NCBI GenBank assembly: GCA_032718475.1
Contig: JAUCBJ010009126.1
Location: 3,419-67,418 of the forward strand
Direction of reading: 5' to 3'
From: Nemertoderma westbladi
Lineage: Eukaryota; Animalia; Xenacoelomorpha
Length of the DNA: 64,000 nt
Shown: positions 25,501-37,800 of the stretch, piece after piece
How positions within the stretch are numbered: position 1 is the first letter of the stretch
How the letters are laid out: each line of letters opens with the position of its first letter
Notes under the pieces: generated by a model
The model's database searches: none
What the model saw: the letters and a program-made list of their open reading frames with translations, nothing else
Told to the model about the DNA's origin: nothing
Program-made: the position numbers and the translations under genes

Positions 25501-28500
25501 AGTTTCTGTAGTTTTGTATTGTTACCGGCTTTGGATGATTCCAAAAGATTTCTATAGTACACTATAACTGTCCAGTTTCTGTAGTTTTCTATTGTTACCG
25601 GCTTTGGATGATTCCAAAAGATTTCTATAGTACACTATAACTGTCCAGTTTCTGTAGTTTTGTATTGTTACCGGCTTTGGATGATTCCAAAAGATTTCTA
25701 TAGTACACTATAACTGTCCAGTTTCTGTAGTTTTCTATTGTTACCGGCTTTGGATGATTCCAAAAGATTTCTATAGTACACTATAACTGTCCAGTTTCTG
25801 TAGTTTTGTATTGTTACCGGCTTTGGATGATTCCAAAAGATTTCTATAGTACACTATAACTGTCCAGTTTCTGTAGTTTTCTATTGTTACCGGCTTTGGA
25901 TGATTCCAAAAGATTTCTATAGTACACTATAACTGTCCAGTTTCTGTAGTTTTGTATTGTTACCGGCTTTGGATGATTCCAAAAGATTTCTATAGTACAC
26001 TATAACTGTCCAGTTTCTGTAGTTTTCTATTGTTACCGGCTTTGGATGATTCCAAAAGATTTCTATAGTACACTATAACTGTCCAGTTTCTGTAGTTTTC
26101 TATTGTTACCGGCTTTGGATGATTCCAAAAGATTTCTATAGTACACTATAACTGTCCAGTTTCTGTAGTTTTGTATTGTTACCGGCTTTGGATGATTCCA
26201 AAAGATTTCTATAGTACACTATAACTGTCCAGTTTCTGTAGTTTTGTATTGTTACCGGCTTTGGATGATTCCAAAAGATTTCTATAGTACACTATAACTG
26301 TCCAGTTTCTGTAGTTTTGTATTGTTACCGGCTTTGGATGATTCCAAAAGATTTCTATAGTACACTATAACTGTCCAGTTTCTGTAGTTTTGTATTGTTA
26401 CCGGCTTTGGATGATTCCAAAAGATTTCTATAGTACACTATAACTGTCCAGTTTCTGTAGTTTTGTATTGTTACCGGCTTTGGATGATTCCAAAAGATTT
26501 CTATAGTACACTATAACTGTCCAGTTTCTGTAGTTTTGTATTGTTACCGGCTTTGGATGATTCCAAAAGATTTCTATAGTACACTATAACTGTCCAGTTT
26601 CTGTAGTTTTGTATTGTTACCGGCTTTGGATGATTCCAAAAGATTTCTATAGTACACTATAACTGTCCAGTTTCTGTAGTTTTGTATTGTTACCGGCTTT
26701 GGATGATTCCAAAAGATTTCTATAGTACACTATAACTGTCCAGTTTCTGTAGTTTTGTATTGTTACCGGCTTTGGATGATTCCAAAAGATTTCTATAGTA
26801 CACTATAACTGTCCAGTTTCTGTAGTTTTGTATTGTTACCGGCTTTGGATGATTCCAAAAGATTTCTATAGTACACTATAACTGTCCAGTTTCTGTAGTT
26901 TTGTATTGTTACCGGCTTTGGATGATTCCAAAAGATTTCTATAGTACACTATAACTGTCCAGTTTCTGTAGTTTTGTATTGTTACCGGCTTTGGATGATT
27001 CCAAAAGATTTCTATAGTACACTATAACTGTCCAGTTTCTGTAGTTTTCTATTGTTACCGGCTTTGGATGATTCCAAAAGATTTCTATAGTACACTATAA
27101 CTGTCCAGTTTCTGTAGTTTTGTATTGTTACCGGCTTTGGATGATTCCAAAAGATTTCTATAGTACACTATAACTGTCCAGTTTCTGTAGTTTTGTATTG
27201 TTACCGGCTTTGGATGATTCCAAAAGATTTCTATAGTACACTATAACTGTCCAGTTTCTGTAGTTTTCTATTGTTACCGGCTTTGGATGATTCCAAAAGA
27301 TTTCTATAGTACACTATAACTGTCCAGTTTCTGTAGTTTTGTATTGTTACCGGCTTTGGATGATTCCAAAAGATTTCTATAGTACACTATAACTGTCCAG
27401 TTTCTGTAGTTTTGTATTGTTACCGGCTTTGGATGATTCCAAAAGATTTCTATAGTACACTATAACTGTCCAGTTTCTGTAGTTTTGTATTGTTACCGGC
27501 TTTGGATGATTCCAAAAGATTTCTATAGTACACTATAAATGTCCAGTTTCTGTAGTTTTGTATTGTTACCGGCTTTGGATGATTCCAAAAGATTTCTATA
27601 GTACACTATAACTGTCCAGTTTCTGTAGTTTTGTATTGTTACCGGCTTTGGATGATTCCAAAAGATTTCTATAGTACACTATAACTGTCCAGTTTCTGTA
27701 GTTTTGTATTGTTACCGGCTTTGGATGATTCCAAAAGATTTCTATAGTACACTATAACTGTCCAGTTTCTGTAGTTTTCTATTGTTACCGGCTTTGGATG
27801 ATTCCAAAAGATTTCTATAGTACACTATAACTGTCCAGTTTCTGTAGTTTTGTATTGTTACCGGCTTTGGATGATTCCAAAAGATTTCTATAGTACACTA
27901 TAACTGTCCAGTTTCTGTAGTTTTCTATTGTTACCGGCTTTGGATGATTCCAAAAGATTTCTATAGTACACTATAACTGTCCAGTTTCTGTAGTTTTGTA
28001 TTGTTACCGGCTTTGGATGATTCCAAAAGATTTCTATAGTACACTATAACTGTCCAGTTTCTGTAGTTTTGTATTGTTACCGGCTTTGGATGATTCCAAA
28101 AGATTTCTATAGTACACTATAACTGTCCAGTTTCTGTAGTTTTGTATTGTTACCGGCTTTGGATGATTCCAAAAGATTTCTATAGTACACTATAACTGTC
28201 CAGTTTCTGTAGTTTTCTATTGTTACCGGCTTTGGATGATTCCAAAAGATTTCTATAGTACACTATAACTGTCCAGTTTCTGTAGTTTTGTATTGTTACC
28301 GGCTTTGGATGATTCCAAAAGATTTCTATAGTACACTATAACTGTCCAGTTTCTGTAGTTTTCTATTGTTACCGGCTTTGGATGATTCCAAAAGATTTCT
28401 ATAGTACACTATAACTGTCCAGTTTCTGTAGTTTTGTATTGTTACCGGCTTTGGATGATTCCAAAAGATTTCTATAGTACACTATAACTGTCCAGTTTCT

Positions 28501-29260
28501 GTAGTTTTCTATTGTTACCGGCTTTGGATGATTCCAAAAGATTTCTATAGTACACTATAACTGTCCAGTTTCTGTAGTTTTGTATTGTTACCGGCTTTGG
28601 ATGATTCCAAAAGATTTCTATAGTACACTATAACTGTCCAGTTTCTGTAGTTTTCTATTGTTACCGGCTTTGGATGATTCCAAAAGATTTCTATAGTACA
28701 CTATAACTGTCCAGTTTCTGTAGTTTTCTATTGTTACCGGCTTTGGATGATTCCAAAAGATTTCTATAGTACACTATAACTGTCCAGTTTCTGTAGTTTT
28801 CTATTGTTACCGGCTTTGGATGATTCCAAAAGATTTCTATAGTACACTATAACTGTCCAGTTTCTGTAGTTTTCTATTGTTACCGGCTTTGGATGATTCC
28901 AAAAGATTTCTATAGTACACTATAACTGTCCAGTTTCTGTAGTTTTGTATTGTTACCGGCTTTGGATGATTCCAAAAGATTTCTATAGTACACTATAACT
29001 GTCCAGTTTCTGTAGTTTTGTATTGTTACCGGCTTTGGATGATTCCAAAAGATTTCTATAGTACACTATAACTGTCCAGTTTCTGTAGTTTTCTATTGTT
29101 ACCGGCTTTGGATGATTCCAAAAGATTTCTATAGTACACTATAACTGTCCAGTTTCTGTAGTTTTGTATTGTTACCGGCTTTGGATGATTCCAAAAGATT
29201 TCTATAGTACACTATAACTGTCCAGTTTCTGTAGTTTTCTATTGTTACCGGCTTTGGATG
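19543..29260. repeat. 73-bp satellite, ~133 near-identical copies (true length unknown because of the gap)
   Basis: Unit tggatgattccaaaagatttctatagtacactataactgtccagtttctgtagtttt(g/c)tattgttaccggctt. Confidence 0.99.
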
Positions 29261-29409
29261 TTTATTAGGTTTGAGTCGAGTTTTCGAATTCATCGATTGA
29301 GATAAATTATTCATGGAATTTATCAAGAAGGGATTCTCACTATTATACTCCTAGAGGTTATTAATGTTTACATAATAGAGGAATGCGGAAAAGTCACGAA
29401 ACTTTGCAA

Positions 29410-29781
29410 TTACAAACAGCTGCAGACAGGATTTAGTTACCAGCTCTTTGTTACAAATAGCTGCAGACAGGATTTAGTTACCAGCTCTTTGTTACAAACA
29501 GCTGCAGACAGGATTTAGTTACCAGCTCTTTGTTACAAATAGCTGCAGACAGGATTTAGTTACCAGCTCTTTGTTACAAACAGCTGCAGACAGGATTTAG
29601 TTACCAGCTCTTTGTTACAAACAGCTGCAGACAGGATTTAGTTACCAGCTCTTTGTTACAAACAGCTGCAGACAGGATTTAGTTACCAGATCTTTGTTAC
29701 AAACAGCTGCAGACAGGATTTAGTTACCAGCTCTTTGTTACAAATAGCTGCAGACAGGATTTAGTTACCAGCTCTTTGTTA
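29410..29781. repeat. 41-bp minisatellite, 9 copies
   Basis: Unit ttacaaa(c/t)agctgcagacaggatttagttaccagctctttg. Confidence 0.97.
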
Positions 29782-29894
29782 TTTTGTTTTGTAATAAATA
29801 CTAAAAACTTCCCTCGTAGAAATTCGAATGTTGGGTGTCTTATAATTTGGTTTGGTTATATATAATTTGGTTATAATTTTAGAATAATTTGGTT

Positions 29895-30180
29895 TGGTTA
29901 TTTTTCTTTACGCCGACGATTTTATATTGCTGACTAACTCCATCAGTTCAAGGATTGCAGCTTATGCTAAAGGATTGGGAATTATTCTCTGAAAAAAATT
30001 CCCTATGCTATTGAGTAGGAACAGAAATGGGATAAAAGTAAATCGAAGTGGATTCCATTTAATCAATGTGGTCGAACAACTACAAAGGTAACAACAGTAA
30101 ATGGGATTACTAAATTCCAAATTGGATCACCAATAATGGTATTTAGGAAATTCCTTACATCACTCGGGTAGTTGTAAACT
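29895..30180 (+). mobile_element. Highly decayed LINE RT fragment
   Basis: tacgccgacgattttatattgctg reads YADDFILL, followed by PSVQGLQLML and a later tatttagga (YLG). Confidence 0.65.
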
Positions 30181-30896
30181 TCTGTTTTGATATGCAACAC
30201 GTCTAAAGCAAGAGTTTATAGTTTTTGTTATCTACTTTGTTTCGTTGTTTGTGTAACTTACCCTGTTTGTTCAATTCCTATTGTTATAAATTAAATTGCG
30301 TTACTTTGTTGTCGCCAAGTTTACCTTCGAACTGTGTAAACCATACGTTAACCCAATCACATAATGTTTATTGGTGCATCTCACTTATCGATCTATCTCG
30401 CTTTTATTTATATAATGTTTTATGCAGTAACTGTTTTTACTTATTGTCACCATGTGTGAATTTAACATTAAACAAACATGTAACAACTTAATTAAACTCA
30501 CCGCATAACGTAATTAATGTTAAAATAGTTCCAATTACTCCAATATAAGTTTTGCTGACTTTGTAACTGTAATCAGACGCAGTACTGTTATTGGATTCCA
30601 CAGCATCCATAATTAATTGTCTTCTAATATATTTTCATACCGGAGGAAACATATCTGTAAAGAATAGTAATATAATGAATGATATATTATTATGTATTTA
30701 AGAATGATTAAAATATTGAAATAAATAGGATGAAAATAATAAATAATCATATTGCTACAAGAGTTTATATACTTTCAACATGTTTAAATACTCTAGCCAC
30801 CCATATACAGTAGTTGCTGACGCGTAGTGCTCATTAAATGAACGAGCATATGGAGTGAGTTCAAGGATCACGATGAAGAGACAATGTAATTTCCAA

Positions 30897-31600
30897 CAAG
30901 TGTTATATCATGAAGTTAAAACATGTTGTATCATGTAGTTAAAATATGTTATACTCATATCATGTAGTTAAAACATGTTATATCATGTAGTTAAAACATG
31001 TTATATCATGTAGTTAAAACATGTTATATGATGTAGTTAAAACATGTTATATCATGTAGTTAAAACATGTTATATCATGTCGTTAAAACATGTTATATCA
31101 TGTAGTTAAAACATGATATATCATGTAGTTGAAACATGTTATATCATGTAGTTAAAACATGTTATATCATGTCGATAAAAAATGTTATATCATGTAGTTA
31201 AAACATGATATATCATGTAGTTAAAACATGTTATATCATGTAGTTAAAACATGATATATCATTAGTTAAAACATGTTATATCATTTAGTTAAAACATGTT
31301 ATATCATGTAGTTAAAACATGATATATCATGTAGTTAAAACATGTTATATCATGTAGTTAAAACATGTTATATCATGTAGTTAAAAGATGTTATATCATG
31401 TAGTTAAACATGTTATATCATGTAGTTAAACATGTTATATCATGCAGTTAAACATGTTATATCATGTAGTTAAAACATGTTATATCATGTCGTTAAAACA
31501 TGTTATATCATGTAGTTAAAACATGTTATATCATGTAGTTAAAACATGTTATATCTTGTAGTTAAAACATGATATATAATGTAGTTAAAATATGTTATAT
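30897..31600. repeat. 23-bp minisatellite, ~30 copies
   Basis: Unit catgttatatcatgtagttaaaa. Confidence 0.96.
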
Positions 31601-32519
31601 ATCATTTTAAGGAGCGACTATTGATAAAAAACTCAATATGAAACTTTTATTAACAAATTTCATGTGAATTTATAGGAATTATTAAATATATGTATCTAAA
31701 TATCCCAAAGTTTATTGTCCGTATTCTATGAAACCCTGTCGCACTGCCTGTGTTTGGATGTGTTGGCTTTGTCATAGAAAAAAGCCAAACCCCGGTGGTT
31801 TCATAATTCTAGTCAGACACTATTCGCCTGACTAAAGTCGTCTTCTTTGATTTCTTAAACGAGTTATTTTGTATAAAGTTAACAGTTAATCAACCGTTTC
31901 CTTTATGTTACTTAGTTGGTCACGCATATGCATTATATCTCCGAGAAACCGAAGTAACAGCTCGTTCGTATTAACAATCATATGAAGCTGCTTTACAATT
32001 AATTGTTAATATTAATCAGTAAATAATGTAACCAGTAATACCAACCAATAATAAAGAAAGAAATGGTATATAGTAGAAACATAAGTAGAAATATAGGTAG
32101 ACAAATTACTTGCCAAAAACACTATTATTCTATTGTAATAAAGTTTACTACTACCATTGTTTATTGTTCCGATACCATGCGTTACGTTGTGTCTATCCAA
32201 GTGGTTGCACCGCAATCAGCCAGTTTGAATTATACAGCTGAACAAAGATAATCCATAATGTTTCTGCTTCTAACATTTACTTTTATCATAGCGGTAAAAT
32301 CAAAGCATCAAAGCATCTATGGGTCGATTATTAAGAACTCTATCCATATAGAATATATTATATTATATGAAATTTTGTAAATACCAAGTACTTTCGAAAA
32401 TTAATACAAAATAGGCCTACAGAATGCAGGATACTAGTTGTACTTATTGTACTACCGGTACTGTAGTGTAATACTATTACACCATGACCCGTAATATAGT
32501 GTCATTTTCTGATGACACG

Positions 32520-33252
32520 GACCCCCCCCCCCCCAGATTTTTCTACAAATCTTTATCATATTGCTTGAAATTTGAAACACCACTAGTTCTACTCACCGTC
32601 GATGACCCCATGAAGCCGGAATTTTCGATTTTGCCTTTAATTTTTTTATAAGCGTTATAAAAAAGTGTATTTTGCTAAATCGCACCCTCCGTATCGTGGC
32701 CATTCTTCACATTAGTCGTGTTTCATCGTTCAAAGATTGCAAGAATTATTGTTCACTGCAGGCCATTTATTCTATTTAATAAATACACGATGTTCTGGAA
32801 CATTTTGTTTAAGTATGAATAGCTACACAATATATCTATTGGATAGGATTACCGCTGTTGCCAACCAACTCATTAAATAAATAACACATTCTAGAATTTT
32901 GTGTATTTATTAGATAGAATAAATGGCCTTCAGCGAACGATAATTATTGCAATCTTTGAACGCCTATATCTCAGCTGTTTCTCAACGAAATTCAGATATT
33001 GTTACATATTTGGAATCCTTGCAACGCGAGCTTTTTAATGATATGAAAAAGTTACGACTAATGAGAAGAATGGCGACTATACGGAGGGTGCGATTTCGCA
33101 AAAGACACTTTTTTAAAACGCTTATAAAAAAAATTAAAGGCAAAATCGAAAATTCCGGCTTCATGGGGTCATCGACGGTGAGTGGAACTAGTGGTGTTTC
33201 AAATTTTAAGCAATATGATAAAAATTAGTAGAAAAATCTGGGGGGAGGGGTC
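32520..33252. mobile_element. Foldback/MITE with long diverged inverted arms
   Basis: 32521-32720 is the reverse complement of ~33050-33251, and 32726-32800 of ~32888-32962. Poly-C/poly-G at the outer ends. Confidence 0.88.
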
Positions 33253-34469
33253 AACCAACTGAGCTACCCCGCCCATACAAAGATAATGATGATAATCAAT
33301 AAAAACTGACATATAAAGTCAATAAAATTGCTGACATAGAATAATGTAGTATGTTTGTTATATATATTTAAAATCCAGATTCAAATTAAACATATTATAA
33401 TAATAAATCCATTATATGTATCGTAAAGTAAATGTACATTTGCAGTATGGGAAGGTCTTTGCTTGAAGAGATATATATAACTTATATAACAAAGTCACCG
33501 TCACAGACCTAAGAGACCGGTCTGATAGCTGAGTCCGTAGTCTGTAGTCCGTCCAACACAGACTCAGCTGCAGTGATGACCGCTTTAGTCTATATAATAA
33601 ATACTACAATATGTATTGTTAATGTATTACTTACACTACTATTGCACATTGAGATGCTATACTGCTTAACACAAATATTTGTGCCATGACAATGCAATCT
33701 GTCCAATTATAAACATATCTACTGACTTATAATTATGTATACTTTGCTGAGTAAATTTTGTTTGTTGTGTTGTCAAACAATAAGTGGGAAACGATATATA
33801 TTGCTGATACCCGCCACATTTTAATTAATCAAAATCGCTCTGTCGTCTAGACCTCTTTATTGAGTATCCGTTTACTTAAGATAATCATAATACGTTTACT
33901 ATCCGTTGTTAACAAATCGTTTAGCCTGATATACTGAGCCCTGATACTTGGATACAGTTAATTATAATTTTGATATATTTTATTTCAATTAATTATGCTC
34001 TTGTTAAATTAAATGGACGAGGTGTCCATTGGTGTTATCGTCCACCCAGCCCACTGCGTTGCTTGGCAACGCGTAGTTAAAGGCGTTGTTTCTGACGAGT
34101 TTGTGTGGATACTATCGGGGGTTGGCCCAAATTCACAGCCGCTGACACCGTGTGCATTACACCGTACTTACTCTCCTGAAAGCGAAACTACGAAACTTTT
34201 TTCAACCAAATATAATGGCGCAAATAAAAAACGCTTTAAGCTTATACTAAATATACTTTAATTATTATTGATTTCGCGGTTTTTAAAGATCTGAACCCGA
34301 AACCCGAAACGTTTCACAGTGGAGGATTTTCCTGAACTTCCTCCTATTCTGCCTCCTTCATCGGTTCTCGCTCTACGCTAATGGGATTACCCGTCGGTAC
34401 TAACTTAGACGTGGTAACCCAGTAGTTGGTACCGGTTCCACCACATCCCTCCATAGCGTATGCGTCCAA

Positions 34470-34775
34470 TAATGCCTTCGATAAAATTGAACACGGTATT
34501 TTATTTCAACGGCTTCTAGCCCGCAAAATCCCCCTATTTATTATTATAATTATAATTTTTTGGCGCAAAAACCAAACAATGCAAGTTATTTGGAAAGGTT
34601 TTCTTTCAACGAGTTTTATTCTCGTGACGGTGTAAGAGTATTTTTTGTTTCTTCGGTTTTTCAACATCTTTGTTGATGAACTTAGTAAACAGATTAATGC
34701 AACTGATATCGTTGGTACTCTAGACTGGATATGCATGAACCATTTGCAGATGATATAATCTTGGTTGTCTCCGAT
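34470..34775 (+). mobile_element. Decayed LINE RT (RTEX-like) fragment
   Basis: AFDKIEHGILFQRLL..KIP..II..W..NQTMQV.W, GVR, FNIFVDELS, then MNH..ADDII, with frameshifts. Confidence 0.75.
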
Positions 34776-34877
34776 TTCGGATTTCGGATTTCTACGGAAG
34801 CCCATAACGGCCACATTACCACAAAGAAAAGATAGCATTAACTCTATGGGAGCTCAATGCGATTAGAGAATTAGATA

Positions 34878-37800
34878 GTTTACTGGAGTGCATCCTAACT
34901 CTCTGTACAGCTTACATTCCCGCAATGTTTACTGGAGTGCATCCTAACTCTCTGTACAGCTTACATACCCGCATTGAAAACTCTCTGTACAGCTTACATT
35001 CCCGCATTGTTTACTGGAGTGCATAACTCTCTGTACAGCTTACATTCCCGCATTGTTTACTGGAGTGCATCCTAACTCTCTGTACAGCTTACATTCCCGC
35101 ATTATTTCCTGGAGTGCATCCTAACTCTCTGTAAAGCTTACATTCCCGCATTGTTTACTGGAGTGCATCCTAACTCTCTGTACAGCTTACATTCCCGCAT
35201 TGATAACTCTCTGGACAGCTTACATTCCCGCTTTGTTTACTGGAGTGCATCCTAACTCTCCGTACAGCTTACATTCCCGCATTGTTTACTGGAGTGCATC
35301 CTAACTCTCTGTACAGCTTACATTCCCGCATTGATAACTCTCTGGACAGCTTACATTCCCGCATTGTTTACAGGAGTGCATCCTAACTCTCTGTACAGCT
35401 TACATTCCCGCATTGATAACTCTCTGGACAGCTTACATTCCCGCATTGTTTACAGGAGTGCATCCTACCTCTCTGTACAGCTTGCATTCCCGCATTGATA
35501 ACTCTCTGTACAACTTACATTCCCGCATTGTTTCCTGGAGTGCATCCTACCTCTCTGTACAGCTTACATTCCCGCATTGTTTACTGGAGTGCATCCTACC
35601 TCTCTGTACAGCTTACATTCCCGCATTGATAACTCTCTGTACAACTTACATTCCCGCATTGTTTCCTGGAGTGCATCCTAACTCTCTGTACAGCTTACAT
35701 TCCCACATTGTTTCCTGGAGTGCATCCTAACTCTCCGTACAGCTTACATTCCCGCATTGTTTCCTGGAGTGCATCCTACCTCTCTGTACAGCTTACATTC
35801 CCGCATTGTTTACTGGAGTGCATCCTACCTCTCTGTACAGCTTACATTCCCGCATTGATAACTCTCTGTACAACTTACATTCCCGCATTGTTTCCTGGAG
35901 TGCATCCTAACTCTCTGTACAGCTTACATTCCCACATTGTTTACTGGAGTGCATCCTAAATCTCTGTACAGCTTACATTCCCGCATTGATAACTCTCTGT
36001 ACAACTTACATTCCCGCATTGTTTCCTGGAGTGCATCCTATCTCTCCGTACAGCTTACATTCCCACATTGTTTCCTGGAGTGCATCCTAACTCTCTGTAC
36101 AGCTTACATTCCCACATTGTTTACTGGAGTGCATCCTAAATCTCTGTACAGCTTACATTCCCGCATTGATAACTCTCTGTACAACTTACATTCCCGCATT
36201 GTTTCCTGGAGTGCATCCTATCTCTCCGTACAGCTTACATTCCCGCATTGTTTCCTGGAGTGCATCCTATCTCTCCGTACAGCTTACATTCCCGCATTGT
36301 TTCCTGGAGTGCATCCTAACTCTCTGTACAGCTTACATTCCCACATTGTTTCCTGGAGTGCATCCTAACTCTCTGTACAGCTTACATTCCCACATTGTTT
36401 ACTGGAGTGCATCCTAAATCTCTGTACAGCTTACATTCCCGCATTGATAACTCTCTGTACAACTTACATTCCCGCATTGTTTCCTGGAGTGCATCCTATC
36501 TCTCCGTACAGCTTACATTCCCGCATTGTTTCCTGGAGTGCATCCTATCTCTCCGTACAGCTTACATTCCCGCATTGTTTCCTGGAGTGCATCCTAACTC
36601 TCTGTACAGCTTACATTCCCTCATTGTTTACTGGAGTGCATCCTAACTCTCCGTACAGCTTACATTCCCTCATTGTTTACTGGAGTGCATCCTAACTCTC
36701 TGTACAGCTTACATTACCGCATTGTTTCCTGGAGTGCATCCTAACTCTCCGTACAACTTACATTCCCACATTGTTTCCTGGAGTGCATCCTAACTCTCTA
36801 TACAGCTTACATTCCCGCATTGTTTCCTGGAGTGCATCCTAACTCTCTGTACAGCTTACATTCCCGCATTGTTTACTGGAGTGCATCCTACCTCTCTGTA
36901 CAGCTTACATTCCCGCATTGATAACTCTCTGTACAACTTACATTCCCGCATTGTTTCCTGGAGTGCATCCTAACTCTCTGTACAGCTTACATTCCCACAT
37001 TGTTTACTGGAGTGCATCCTAAATCTCTGTACAGCTTACATTCCCGCATTGATAACTCTCTGTACAACTTACATTCCCGCATTGTTTCCTGGAGTGCATC
37101 CTATCTCTCCGTACAGCTTACATTCCCACATTGTTTCCTGGAGTGCATCCTAACTCTCTGTACAGCTTACATTCCCACATTGTTTACTGGAGTGCATCCT
37201 ACCTCTCTGTACAGCTTACATTCCCGCATTGATAACTCTCTGTACAACTTACATTCCCGCATTGTTTCCTGGAGTGCATCCTATCTCTCCGTACAGCTTA
37301 CATTCCCACATTGTTTCCTGGAGTGCATCCTAAATCTCTGTACAACTTACATTCCCGCATTGTTTCCTGGAGTGCATCCTATCTCTCCGTACAGCTTACA
37401 TTCCCACATTGTTTACTGGAGTGCATCCTAAATCTCTGTACAACTTACATTCCCGCATTGTTTCCTGGAGTGCATCCTATCTCTCCGTACAGCTTACATT
37501 CCCACATTGTTTCCTGGAGTGCATCCTAACTCTCTGTACAGCTTACATTCCCGCATTGTTTCCTGGAGTGCATCCTATCTCTCCGTACAGCTTACATTCC
37601 CTCATTGTTTACTGGAGTGCATCCTAACTCTCCGTACAGCTTACATTCCCTCATTGTTTACTGGAGTGCATCCTAACTCTCTGTACAGCTTACATTCCCT
37701 CATTGTTTACTGGAGTGCATCCTAACTCTCTGTACAGCTTACATTCCCTCATTGTTTACTGGAGTGCATCCTAACTCTCCGTACAGCTTACATTCCCTCA

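Noticed and set aside
32947-33228. 93-aa ORF
   Set aside because: It lies within one arm of a non-coding foldback element and shows no protein motif.
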